Below, one piece after another: positions 39,736 through 51,078 of a DNA stretch of 64,000 nucleotides (position 1 is its first letter; the number at the start of each line of letters is the position of its first letter). The DNA comes from Octopus sinensis (taxonomy: Eukaryota). Below the pieces are notes generated by a model. That model was not told the origin of the DNA. It did no database searches and saw only the letters and a program-made list of their open reading frames with translations. The translations under genes were made by a program, and so were the position numbers. The DNA is taken from assembly GCF_006345805.1 (NCBI RefSeq), contig NC_043001.1, forward strand, positions 116,560,001-116,624,000, written 5' to 3'.

Positions 39736-39971
39736 AATAATTATGCATCAAAGGCATTCCACCCATAAATATCAAGCCTTTTGTTTAAGGGCTATGCATC
39801 TAATGGTACATTTTCCTTAATACAGTAGAGTGTAATTTAAATATTTGGCTGCTATTTCTTGCAGCTAGTGAAGTGATCACGGAAGCTTCCTCTCATTTCT
39901 GTAGGAAATGAAAAAAAATTATATAATCATACATTAAAACTAACTACAATTTGCAATTTAATAAACTTGTT

Positions 39972-40436
39972 CAGTTCTATATTTAAGAGATGAGGAATTA
40001 TGTACATTATTTACATTTGATGGATATTTGTCCTCATCTTGTTTGTTGTCAAGTGTCTTGGGGAAATTTCGAACCTGGGTTCTCGTTCCTATGGAATTTT
40101 TCAATGTTGTTGTTATTGTTATTATTATTATTATTATTCAGGTCACTGTCTGGAATCGAACTCAGAATCTTGGGGTTAGTAGCCCGTGCTCTTAACCATG
40201 GGCATATGGTGTAGTGGTTAAGAGTGCAGATTCCAAGTTCGATTCCAGGCAGTGACCTGAATAATAATAATAACAACAACAACAACATCGAAAAATACCT
40301 TAGGAATGAGAACCCAGGTTCGAAATTTCCCCAAGACATCTGATGAAGGCTGGAGGGTATATCAGCTGAAACGTTGTGTTAACAACAAACAAGATGAGGA
40401 CAAACATCCATCAAATGTAAATAATGTAAATAATGA
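39972..40436. mobile_element. Palindromic tRNA-headed non-autonomous element with Penelope-type tail
   Basis: Arms 40003-40198 and 40200-40428 are inverted copies; central A box tggtgtagtgg and B box gttcgattcc; flanked by ata(a)acttgtt. Confidence 0.75.
40335..40380 (+). ncRNA. Minimal type I hammerhead ribozyme motif
   Basis: gacat-CTGATGA-a-ggctg(loop)cagct-GAAAC-GTT-gtgtt; stem I gacat/gtgtt, stem II ggctg/cagct, palindromic stem III aacgtt. Confidence 0.7.
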
Positions 40437-40675
40437 ATAACTTGTTAACTCCTGGTCATCTATGAAACAAGATGAGGACAAACATCCATCAAATGTAAAT
40501 AATGTAAATAATGAATAAACTTGTTAACTCCTGGTCATCTATGATCTAGCAAACCTATGGTCGAAGTCCAGTAAAGATTTTCCAGTTAATTATTTAATCC
40601 AGTCTTCAGAAATTTATTCGGTTTAAGCAGTGATCTTTTTAAACCCACATCCTCTAATATTTTTGTGCTTTATTT

Positions 40676-40715
<40 letters not shown>

Positions 40716-40762
40716 CCTTTTTAGTTTTTTAGGTTTTAAACACTAGAGATTTAGAATAGGTA

Positions 40763-41170
40763 AGCATGCCCATGAAGTTAAGAAGTTTAGCAGCCACATG
40801 GTTCCAGGTTCAGTCCCCCTGCATGGTACTTTGGTTGTTTTCAACTACAGCCCCAGTTTGACCGATGCCTTGCAAGTGAACTTGGTGGACAGAAACTGTG
40901 TGGAAGACTGTCGTATATTTGCACGTGTGTGCGTGCGTACAAGTGTATCCTTGATAATTGGTGTTGGTTTGCTGACTTTTAATATAGCGGTTCGACAAAA
41001 AGATACTGATAGAATAAGTACCAGAGTTAAAGAAATAAGTACTGGTACTTATTCTGTTTATTGCCAAAACCACTTTAAACGATAGGTACAGTGATCGATT
41101 TGTTCAGCTAAACTCAAAACAGTGCTCCAGCATGGCCGCAGTCCAGCGACTGAAACAAGTAAAATATAAA
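40763..41170 (+). mobile_element. SINE family A
   Basis: ccacatggttccaggttcagtccc...gactgaaacaagtaaaa. Confidence 0.75.
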
Positions 41171-41382
41171 AGTCATATAAGAAACATATGAGTGTTCAGG
41201 TATTTATAGTTTTTTTCTGTATGTTTTTTGTGTGCACCTTTTATAAATATTTAAAAAAATTACTATTTGAAATTACATTTTCCTTTGTAATAAAAAAACC
41301 ACAACAAAAACAGCACCAATCTAAATTTGCAGAAAGTGTAACGCCACAATACTAATTGCTTTCATTAATAAATGCACGTTAA

Positions 41383-41600
41383 GACGACGAGCTGGCAGAA
41401 TTCGTAGAGTGCCGGGCAAAATGCTTAGCAGCGTTTCGTCCGTCTTTACGTTCGGGGTTCAAATTCTACCGATCTCGACTTTGGCTTTCATCGTTTCGAG
41501 ATCCCTAAAATAAGTACGTAATAAGCACTGGGATCGATGGAATCGACTTACTTACTCCCTGCCACGAAACTGCTGGCCTTGTGCTAAAATTTGAAACCAT
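41383..41600 (+). mobile_element. SINE family B-related (alternative tail)
   Basis: gagctggcagaa...ggccttgtgctaaaatttgaaacc. Confidence 0.8.
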
Positions 41601-41896
41601 TAATAAAAGGCACGTACTTTCATTGAAAAAAAACTAATATAACATTTTACAATATATTTCGTGCTGTTTTTGAGATTACTTATTTTATTTATATGTACTT
41701 TCTATTGTGCTCCAGTTTTTCTTATCTTTTTTTCCTTCTGTAAATGCTGAAAGGGAAAATCGTAAGCATTTTAAAAAGAAAAGGTGTGTGACAAACTTTA
41801 AGTGTTGCTTCGTCGGTTTGAAGTGACACTGTGTTAAGGGAGGTAACTCATTGCAAATATCATTCATTCATTCTGATGCCATTCGTTATTCCCTGA

Positions 41897-42127
41897 CAAC
41901 GGTTCTCAACCGTTCTTTGTTGTCTTTGATTCCTATTTTACTCGGGTGGATCCTAATAGACATCCGATGTTTAAAAAAAATCCTATTATATTTTTAAAAT
42001 TAAACAACATTAGGAACTGTATAAAAAATAGCTAAGATTTTTTGTTTTGTAAAAGTATAACCAAATTATAATAAAAATAATAATAATAATAATAAATTAA
42101 TAATAATAATAATAATTATTATTATTA

Positions 42128-42162
<35 letters not shown>

Positions 42163-42204
42163 GCACATAATTTTAACAAAATCTTATGTGGACTCCCAAG
42201 GGTC
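41897..42204. mobile_element. Truncated hAT-Charlie-like MITE
   Basis: caacggttctcaac end; internal similarity to 52618-52925. Confidence 0.5.
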
Positions 42205-43571
42205 TATTAAATCGTAAATTCAAATTGTGAAATTTTTTTTCCTTTTGCAATTTTCGTTGTTCGACTAAAGATAGTTCATTCTACACGCTTCATATAAGAG
42301 GGAATGTCTACATCAGCACTCGAGCGTTTAGAAATAGCAGCTAAATTTCACTCAAATCACACTTTAGAGCCCGAAAAGAAGGGCGAACACTAGATAATGC
42401 ACTTCACTGTTTGAAAAATAAATAAAAACATAAAAGAATGGGTTGTCATAGGTGAAATTCTTTTGATATGAGATTTCTAAATCTTTAAACCACATTTTAC
42501 TTTCAAATTTCGTGTCAGGTTTAGAAATTACCTTCCATTTATGAATTCATTATTTTAAAACGGTAGAAAGATTGGTACAGACAGACAGGTAGACAGACAG
42601 ACATATATCATTTGATTGCTTAAATGTCAAGAAAGCCAGCTAGTTTGTTAGCAACAGATAAACAACAGCTTTTACAAAAAAAATTAGCCTGTTGCTCATC
42701 GCATTAATAGCAATGTAGGTTCCTTAGCAAAACAATACTATAGGGTCACCATATACGCAACCTACGTGAAAGTCATAACATAAATAGATTAGCATTGGTT
42801 CCTTAGAATCGTGGGAGTCTCGAGCAAGAGCCCAGTGTGCCCGTGCCGTAAGATATGTAGACTTCTCTCGTTCGATTAATGTACATTAACAAAGTGATTT
42901 CTCTTCTGTTGAATTTGTAGAGTAAAAGAAATTAAAGTATTAATTTTTATTTATTGATAATCGAACAGTACTTTTCCCAAACCACAATCCTTTGGGATGG
43001 TTGTGTACATTTGAGTGACTCCGGTTTCGGATCTCAACTGGATTCTCTTTCCGCTTATCACAGATTCCAATTACATTTTCGCCTTTTCCTTTTTCGCATT
43101 TAAAAAAATTCTTTCTCTGGTACAATTTCGTTTTACAATCTACAATAACTGTTTACCGGGCCCCTTTGAATGTGTGTTTTAGTAGAGTTAACATGTAGAG
43201 TGCGGGCCCTGCACTCTACAATATATACAGTACCTAAGGTGGTGAGCTGGCAGAATCGTTAGCACGCTGGGCAATTAGTCCGTCTTCGCGTTCTGAATTC
43301 AAATTCCGCCGAAGTCGATCAAATTTTGGTCTTGATCTAACTGACTTATTCCTTTCCTGAAATTACTGGCCTGGAGCCAAAATTTCAAACCAATACCTAC
43401 AGTGGCTCTATGAAAATTTCTTATTCCATTTTAGTTAGATTCTTAATAATCTTAGCACTGTTAAAGGACTAAGCAGGTGTGAACGCGTTACATAAGCATT
43501 AATTGAACTTCATTGGTTACCTGTTTTCGAATAGAATTCAAACTACATACTTATTGTTGATAAGAATGTGT

Positions 43572-43875
43572 GGATCTTTTCGGTTTGAACGGTATGAAAT
43601 TTTCACCCATAATTATAACCCTAGTATCGATCTATTGCATTTCAATCTATTTTAGATTTAGGGTTAGGGGTGGGGGAAGAGTATTTTTTTTCATCACAAA
43701 TGTAAATAAACCCAATCTGTTTCTTAAACGGGGACATTGATGACGCACAGAATGCTTTCACCTCAATGGACGGTCAGCGATTGGTTAAAATTGCCGAAAT
43801 GCAAGAAATTTTAGACGAAATATGTTACAAACTATAGAATTTTCTCAATAAAGCCAAGAGAAAAAGATGTTTTAT
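43572..43875 (-). mobile_element. GGATC-TIR MITE, truncated, reverse orientation
   Basis: TIR ggatcttttcggtttgaacgg; body is the reverse complement of 58594-59005. Confidence 0.8.
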
Positions 43876-44041
43876 GGCTCTGCATCAAAATATCTGAAGG
43901 AGCACCAGCAGCCTTTGCACCACACAGTCCCAGGTTTGGTTCAAAGATTGTCCTTTCTTACCCTTTCAACAATCATTTTGCGTACATACTTCCACACCTG
44001 GAATTGTTTGCCAACCAAGAATGTTATCAAATGACCGTGTT

Positions 44042-44352
44042 GGATCTTTTCGGTTTGAACGGCAGTTTTTAACATAATTTCTAGGTAACTAAAAAATTTC
44101 TAATTTCGTATACTGGTAGAATGTGTTTATAAAACATCATTTTCTCTTGGCTTTATTGAGAAAATTGTATAGTTTGTAAGATATTTCGTCTTTAATTTCT
44201 TGCATTTCGGCAATTTTAACCAATCACTGACGTCCATTGAGGTAAACAACATTCTGTGTCGTATGAATATGTCCCTCGTTTAAGAAACAGATTGGGTTTA
44301 TTTACATTTGTGAAGAAAAAAAGATACCCTTCCCCCACTCCTAACCCTAACC
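44042..44352 (+). mobile_element. GGATC-TIR MITE, truncated at its (ccctaa) repeat
   Basis: Colinear with 58594-58905. Confidence 0.8.
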
Positions 44353-44619
44353 AACCCTGGCACACTTTTTTTCCCAGAAAGTTCCCCCCAAAAGTCATCC
44401 TGCGCCTTATGTGTTGAAGTCAGGTTTTGGGTAGACTTGGTTTGTGTTATTAACGAAGGACAATGCTTGGTGATGGTGGAGGTCAGCGGTGAATATTTGG
44501 TAGTGTTAAAGTAAATAGTGTAACTTCCTTCTATAACAGGTTGCCAAAAGGCATCTATCTACATTTTCATTGTTCCTATCCATAAAGATGTGTGAGACAT
44601 TCAGCTAGAGGATTCCGGG

Positions 44620-44777
44620 CAGGAGCGGACGGAGCCGTCGGTCAATCGGGCATTGCCCGAACGCCCGGAGCTCTGAGGGGCCTGCACTCTACATGTTAAC
44701 TCTAATAAAACACACATTCAAAGGGGCCCGGTAAACAATTATGCCCGAGGACCCTAAATACTCTCAGTCCGTCCCTG
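44620..44777. mobile_element. hAT-type MITE, 158 bp
   Basis: TIR caggagcggacgga / tcagtccgtccctg; 8-bp TSD att(c/g)cggg. Confidence 0.8.
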
Positions 44778-44948
44778 ATTGCGGGTTAGCTGCATATTTT
44801 TTCCCTCGCAGATCAGGTTTGCCAAAATTGGGGTTAATATATGACCGAAAATGTGGTATATATTATTTCATAAACGAAAAAACACGTCTTTCTATCTTGA
44901 GAGAAATTGATTTATTATAGCCCTTCGTTGTACGAATTATTTCCCTGA

Positions 44949-45006
<58 letters not shown>

Positions 45007-45016
45007 AATTTAAAAA

Positions 45017-45265
45017 TAGGATAAAATCTTTATAAGAATTTATCAAGTAGTTAGAGTGGAAAACCTTATAGGGGAAAATTTATTAATTATTCCCTTTAAA
45101 TATATATATTTATATTAAGGGCATTATTATACATAAATGCCTCACGCTGGGAGGGACTCTTAAAGTCAAAACTATCATAATAAACACTTTGTACATTAAG
45201 GTAGTTTTAACTTTAAGAGGCCCTCTTAGCGTGAGGCATTTATGTATAGTAATGCCCTTATATAT
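45017..45265. mobile_element. Penelope-like fragment with ~63 bp inverted repeat, within (TA)n
   Basis: taagggcattattatacataaatgcctcacgct / agcgtgaggcatttatgtatagtaatgccctta. Confidence 0.55.
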
Positions 45266-45846
45266 ATATATACACACAATGTGCTTTTTACACAGAATAG
45301 TGTCAAAACTTAATCAAGTTTTCTTCATTAACTATAACAGTTCACAAAAAATGGAGGACGGAACAAAGTGACATAATGTAGAGTTACATAAAAGCGTGTA
45401 AACAGTAAAATAATTTAAACATAGAAGCAAAAGCTTCAAGCAAGAAATAATTTCCCAAAAGGAAAGAACAACGGTCACCCTGACCACTAAGATGACTGCC
45501 CTCTAGCTTCTTCCCTCGTTCTGTAGAAAGCTAATAGGCGAACAAAGGGAGCGATCGCTCTTTGCGGGCATATTTTTCAAAATTGGCGCCTTTTCAACAT
45601 TAAAAAAAAACATTGTTTAGTTCACTTGTGGGATAAAAATCAGGGTTTTTTTTTATATAAATCACAAGGCCTTGGAAAAGTTTTCTAGGGTCATTACTTT
45701 ATTTGACCCCGTGTTTTTGAACTGTTTCCTCAATCTCCTGTGATGTGTTGGTGGCTGCTGACATCTGAAGAACTAAAACAAGCATCATTATCTCTCGACA
45801 CTGGACGATCTTCTTTACGCCACATCTATATCAGTAGTGGTAAGTT

Positions 45847-46078
45847 GGCGGCGAGCTGGCAGAAACGTTAGCACGCCGGGCGAAATGCGTAGCCGTATTT
45901 CGTCTGCCGTTACGCTCTGAGTTCAAATCCCGCCGTGGTCGACTTTGCCTTTCATCCTTTCGGGGTCGATTAAATAAGTACCAGTTACACACTTGGGTCT
46001 ATATAATCGACTTAATCCGTTTGTCTGTCCTTGTTTGTCCCCTCTGTGTTTAGCCCCTTGTGGGCAGTAAAGAAATAC
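45847..46078 (+). mobile_element. SINE family B, young full-length copy
   Basis: A box tggcagaaacg, B box gttcaaatcc; perfect 19-bp TSD atatcagtagtggtaagtt (45828-45846, 46079-46097). Confidence 0.92.
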
Positions 46079-46886
46079 ATATCAGTAGTGGTAAGTTTCA
46101 TACATAATGGCATTGTGACTGAAACATGAAATTAACGTAGAATGCAATTATTTCGCGTAATATAAGAGAAATGAATTTAAAATATTTATGTATGTGTCAC
46201 GACGCCTTTTTTCATGTGCTCGCTCCCCCTAACTTTAGAACCCGGCTGCGCTACTGTCCTCAACCTACAGGAGCATACTCAGGGCAATCCCGCTCACTGG
46301 ACCATCCACGCCTTTTGGCCTTAGCCACAATACAACCTTTTTTTGGCAAAGTCACCAGATAAAGACTGCATGTCCCAATCTGCCAAAATACGGTGGTGAG
46401 ACGATCTTTACGGTGGACTTAGCTGATAGTCAGATCTGTCTTACATGCAACAGTAAGTGTTCGACATATCACCACAAGTCAGCAATACCTGGGTACTAGA
46501 CAAATGCATGTAAAACAGTTTCGTTGCTCTGCATGCATTTCAGGCCGGCCTGGCTAAAGGCCCTTCTATGCCTATAGAGTTTATCCTAACTAGCAATCCC
46601 CATCCCCAGTAGTACTACCATGCCAGTGAGTTCTGGAAGTTATCCCTAGGCCCTGGCCAGAAAGTTCTCCAGAACAGACCAACCAGTTAATTTTCGCCGG
46701 CGCCCAACACTCCTCCAAAAACATACAGGAAAAAACTCATTTAGTAAATACCCAATAAAATGAACAAGCCCCACATGTGCCATAGAAGTCCGATACCCAA
46801 CAGAACATAACCTGCACTGCACAAACAACGCACAATACAAAAACTAATACAACAGAAAGTTCAAACCAAACCCCATAACAAAACAC

Positions 46887-47287
46887 GGATCTTTTCGGTT
46901 TGAACGGCAGTTTTTTAAAATAATTTCTCCGTAGCTAAACACTTTTAAACTTCGTATACTGGTAGAATGTGTTTATAAAACATCTTTTTCTCTTGGCTTT
47001 ATTGAGAAAATTCTACGGTTTGTAAGATATTTGTTGTTAATTTCTGCAATTTCAAAAATCAATTACGTCTATTGAGGTAAAAAAAAAACATTCTGTGCCG
47101 TATAAATATGTCCCTCGTTTAAGAAACAGATTGTGTTTATTTACATTTGTGAAGAAAAAAATACCCTTCCCCCCACCCTAACCCTAAAACAGATAAAAAT
47201 GCAATAGATCGATACTGGGGTCATAATTATGGGTGACAGTTTCATATGACACCGCTAGAAAAAACTGCCGTTCAAACCGAAAGATCC
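46887..47287 (+). mobile_element. GGATC-TIR MITE, full length (Merlin-like by TSD and termini)
   Basis: Perfect ~29 bp TIR ggatcttttcggtttgaacggcagttttt; 8-bp TSD caaaaca(c/t). Confidence 0.88.
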
Positions 47288-47669
47288 CAAAACATACTGA
47301 TGCAATACAATATTCCCCAAATGATAAAAAATAAAATAAAATAAAATAATGACGCACACAGCTCACCAGCACAAAAAGTGCAGCAAGTGATGCCATAGAA
47401 AGTTACTTGAAACTGTAACGAACTTGTGAGTGAATATATTCTCTTGTACTTTCGGGGTACAAGAAAGCAATCACTCGCCGTTGCTTTAATAATCCAGAAT
47501 TCTACCAGTCAGAAACAACAAGACGCAGACGTAAAAGATATATATACTACTTTATTCTCTTTGTTAATAACAGTAACAATAAGTGGTTATCTGATGTCCT
47601 TGGTTCTGGGCGCGCAAGGCTGAAAGTTAATCGATTGTAATATTTACAAAGTTCAGCCGCAAAAAACAG

Positions 47670-48005
47670 AACGGGTTAAAGATGGCGTCGAACAATGGAG
47701 ACGATGTTGGTCTGCAACAATTTGGTTAAAGGCCTTTTGGTATGGTGCTGCTAGAATCAAGTTCGAACGGAGAGAAAATATAACCTGACCGTCGCCGTCA
47801 GTCGCTGCCGTCCCAAGTCGCCGCTGCTGCTGCTAGCGGTCAAACGTTCTACGTCCCCCTTGCCTTGGCTAACTACCACGTAGGCAAAAGGGTCGTGCTT
47901 CCGGTGGTTCGCGCATGCGCGAGAGGGCCCTTCCTCTCTCTTGGTGAAGGCACCAACACCACACGCGCGAAATAGAAAATGGACGGTGCGCGCGCGCGCA
48001 CCGTT
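47670..48005. promoter_or_regulatory. CpG-rich promoter-like island
   Basis: YY1-like aagatggcg (47679), ETS-like cttccgg (47898), NRF1-like gcgcatgcgc (47911), (CG)5 palindrome (47983-48004); minus-strand donor CAG|gttata at 47785. Confidence 0.7.
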
Positions 48006-48079
48006 ATAGGATCACTACAAAACCTTCAGACTTCGATTAATAATGGTGGTGATGACGATGGTGACGAGCGTTACTTTAC

Positions 48080-48199
48080 CTCAGTTTGAGAGACGAGTTT
48101 GCGTAGAAGCTCTAATCGTAACAGCGAAAATGAGGTTGGACCTTTAAGGGAAGGTCTCTCGCTCGGCAGTGGTTCAGTAAAGATGCAAACTGACCACAG
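48080..48199 (-). CDS. Candidate 120-nt exon (LWSVCIFTEPLPSERPSLKGPTSFSLLRLELLRKLVSQTE)
   Basis: taacag| acceptor, GAG|gtaaag donor, phase 0-0 open frame compatible with the exon at 53428-53489. Confidence 0.3.
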
Positions 48200-48320
48200 C
48201 TGTTATCCTAAGACAACATCAGCAGATAATAGACAAAGGAGGGGGAAACAGGATAGTGATGCAGTACTACTTAGAAAGTGAACCTTAAAATAAAAGGGGG
48301 TTATAGAAAACGGATGCTAT

Positions 48321-48612
48321 AGAAAAATAGCAAAGTACCAAGACCTAGCCATTGAATTACAGAGACTATGGAAAGTGCGGGTAAAATGTATCCCACTAGT
48401 TATAGGTGCATTAGGAACTATCCCTAAAGATTTGAACAGATGGATAGAGGAAATGGGCATAATACCCAGTTTAGTACAGCTTCAGAAAAGTGTTATTAGG
48501 GACACCTCAGATACTAAAGAGAGTTCTTGGCATCTAAAGTTACTTGTAGCCCGATGTTAGGAGCTTTTCTTTTCCAACAGTTCTAATCTGTTGTGTGTAT
48601 ATGAATAATAAA
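48321..48612 (+). mobile_element. R4/Dong-like (restriction-like endonuclease) non-LTR 3' fragment
   Basis: EKIAKYQDLAIELQRLWKVRVKCIPLVIGALGTIPKDL...LQKSV; short (taa) tail. Confidence 0.85.
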
Positions 48613-48923
48613 ATGTGTTATTTTGTATTAGAGTTATTTTCTAAACGATAATTTCTTATGGCAATAAACATACAATCTAGCACATTTATTTAGTGGTTAT
48701 TTTATCGCTGTTAATTCAGCAAGTAAGGCCAAGGGTATTGCATTGGAGATGCAATATAAAGGTTATGCTTCGGTGATAAGGTGAAAGTAAAAACCGAAAC
48801 ATGTTCGAAGTTGTTTCCCGAAGATGTCGAAATAAATACAGATATTGTTAGTTACTGATTAATATCGCTTTTTATTACACGCCATATTTATTTCTAGTTC
48901 GACTTCATTAATATTTCCAACAT

Positions 48924-49224
48924 TAAGGGGTAAAGACCCCCTTCGGTCACGAATGACCATGGGATTGCACCTAGAAAGTTACCATCCTAGACACAAGTCC
49001 GGGCAAGTTTGTTTATGGATGACCAGCAGTCGCCCATGCATACCAGCCTCCCCTCTCCACGCCACCAAGGGAAAGACAAAGGTTGATACAGCTTGGCACC
49101 TGAGTGAACTGGAGCAACGTGAAATAAAGTGCCTTGCTCAAGAACATAACATGCAGCCCGGTCCGGGATTCGAGCTCACCTCACGATCGTAAGCTCGACG
49201 CTCTAACCACTGAGCCATGCGCCT
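48924..49224 (-). mobile_element. tRNA(Arg)-like SINE family E
   Basis: Head ggcgcatggctcagtggttagagcgtcgagcttACGatcg...tcgaatcc. Confidence 0.85.
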
Positions 49225-49704
49225 TATTCAATATGTTACTAATAACTTACATATTTATGTTGATGGTCATAACGTTCATTCTTCTTTGTTTTAACCGAGA
49301 AAACGATTTTAACAGAAGGATTCCAGAAAGAAACGGTCCTACTGCGTTGGCGATGTAAGCAATTCATCGATGCATTTATTTCTGTGTTTAGATATTGTAT
49401 TCTCTTCTAGAACATTTTTTTAATAGCATGATATTTATAAAACATTTGTATGACGAGCAAAACATCTGGAGAGAAGAATTGGGGTGAAAAAGAGAAGAGA
49501 GAGGGAAATTTAAACAATAAGAATAAAAATGAAGAAATCAAACTTGGCGATAAATGTTTACCCAAACCGATATTCGGATATATTTAAAAAGCATAAGCTT
49601 AATTTTTTTTTTTTTTTTTGTCTTTTGTTTAATCATATATTCAGCCATTACAGATTACCCCACCAAAATAGAAAGTGATTTTTTTAAACACCGAACATTT
49701 CCAG

Positions 49705-49851
49705 GTGTGTGTGTGTAGGAGGTTTGCTCCCCAACCACATGGTTTCGGGTTCAGTCACACTGCGCAGCATTTTGGAGATGTGTCTTCTATTATAGCTTCG
49801 GGCCAATTAAAGCTTACTGAGTGGGTTTGGTAAACGGAAACTGAAAGAAGC

Positions 49852-49891
<40 letters not shown>

Positions 49892-50105
49892 ATGACTGAA
49901 TGTATGTATGTGTCCCACCACCGCTTGACAAATGGTGTTGGTTTGTTTACGTTCCTGTGAATTAGCGGTTCAGCAAAAAGAACACAATAAAATAAGTATC
50001 CGCTTTAAAAAAATAGAACTGGAATCGATTTGTACGACTAAACCCTCTCTCCAAAACCGTACGCCTGCGTTGTCGCAGTCCAATGACTGGAACAAGTAAA
50101 ATAAT
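49705..50105 (+). mobile_element. SINE family A
   Basis: ccaaccacatggtttcgggttcagtc...aatgactggaacaagtaaa. Confidence 0.8.
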
Positions 50106-50119
50106 ATATATATTATATA

Positions 50120-50505
50120 CTTTTCTTTTGTTTTTACTTGTTTCAGTCATTTGACTGGGGCACCGCCTGGAAGAATTTTAGTCGAACTTTTTGTAAAGCC
50201 TGGCACTTATTCTATCGGTTTTCTTTTGCCGAACCGCTAAGTTACAGAAATGTAAACACACCAACACTGGTTGTCAAGCAGTGGTGAGGGACAAACACAG
50301 ACACAAAGACACGCACGCACTCACTCATTTACGCACACAGATATATATTATATATATACGACGGGCTTCTTTCAGTTTCTGGCTACGAAATCCACTGACA
50401 AGGCTTTAGCCAGCTGGAGGCTATAGTAGAAGACACTTGCCCAAGGCGCCATGCAGCGGGACTGAACCTGGAACCATGTGGTTGGGAAACAAGCTTCTTA
50501 CCACA
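50120..50505 (-). mobile_element. SINE family A, tail-to-tail with the previous copy
   Basis: Reverse complement of the family A consensus. Confidence 0.8.
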
Positions 50506-50529
50506 CACACACACACACATATACATACA

Positions 50530-50564
<35 letters not shown>

Positions 50565-50951
50565 CAAATTGAGGGGGTTGTAAATGCAACCCTCCATGGG
50601 ATAACATATATCCAATATACTGCTAGTGAAGTACCCAACATAAATGTTAAGGATTGCGATGCAATCAATTCATTTACTGTATTATATGGGCAAAGGTAAA
50701 ATGATTTACCACAAATTACTAATACAAGATCAGAAAATGGAGAAATACATCTAAATCAAATATCAATTACCAGATAATACTCAATCACATAAGAGACTGT
50801 AGTGTTAAACATAAAAAGCAGAACAAATCAGTGTACATAAAGGAATGTACATAAAAAAGGGTATATAAAAGAGTAATGTTGTATAATAAGTAGAATATAT
50901 ATATAAAAGAGAATATAAATATAAGTAAATATAAATATAAGTATAGATTAC

Positions 50952-51078
50952 ATCTTACAGCTGTTTCGGCCATGTAGATAAGTATGTCTCATTTTACCAA
51001 TATTGGCCTTTTATGGTAGGTCAATATATAGATATAAATGAGACATTTACAAAAATATCATAAGGCCTCCTCGGAGAT
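50952..51078 (-). ncRNA. Penelope-type hammerhead motif with long stem II and mutated core
   Basis: atct-CCGAGGA-ggcc...ggcc-GAAA-cagctg-TA-agat; CUGA changed to CCGA; internal pairing tgtctcattt/aaatgagaca. Confidence 0.55.

Noticed and set aside
44338-44352. (CCCTAA) telomeric repeats as an interstitial telomere
   Set aside because: Only two units and an internal part of the GGATC MITE
47682-47729. Plus-strand ATG ORF MASNNGDDVGLQQFG
   Set aside because: Stops after 15 codons with no strong donor; equally explained as a YY1-like motif
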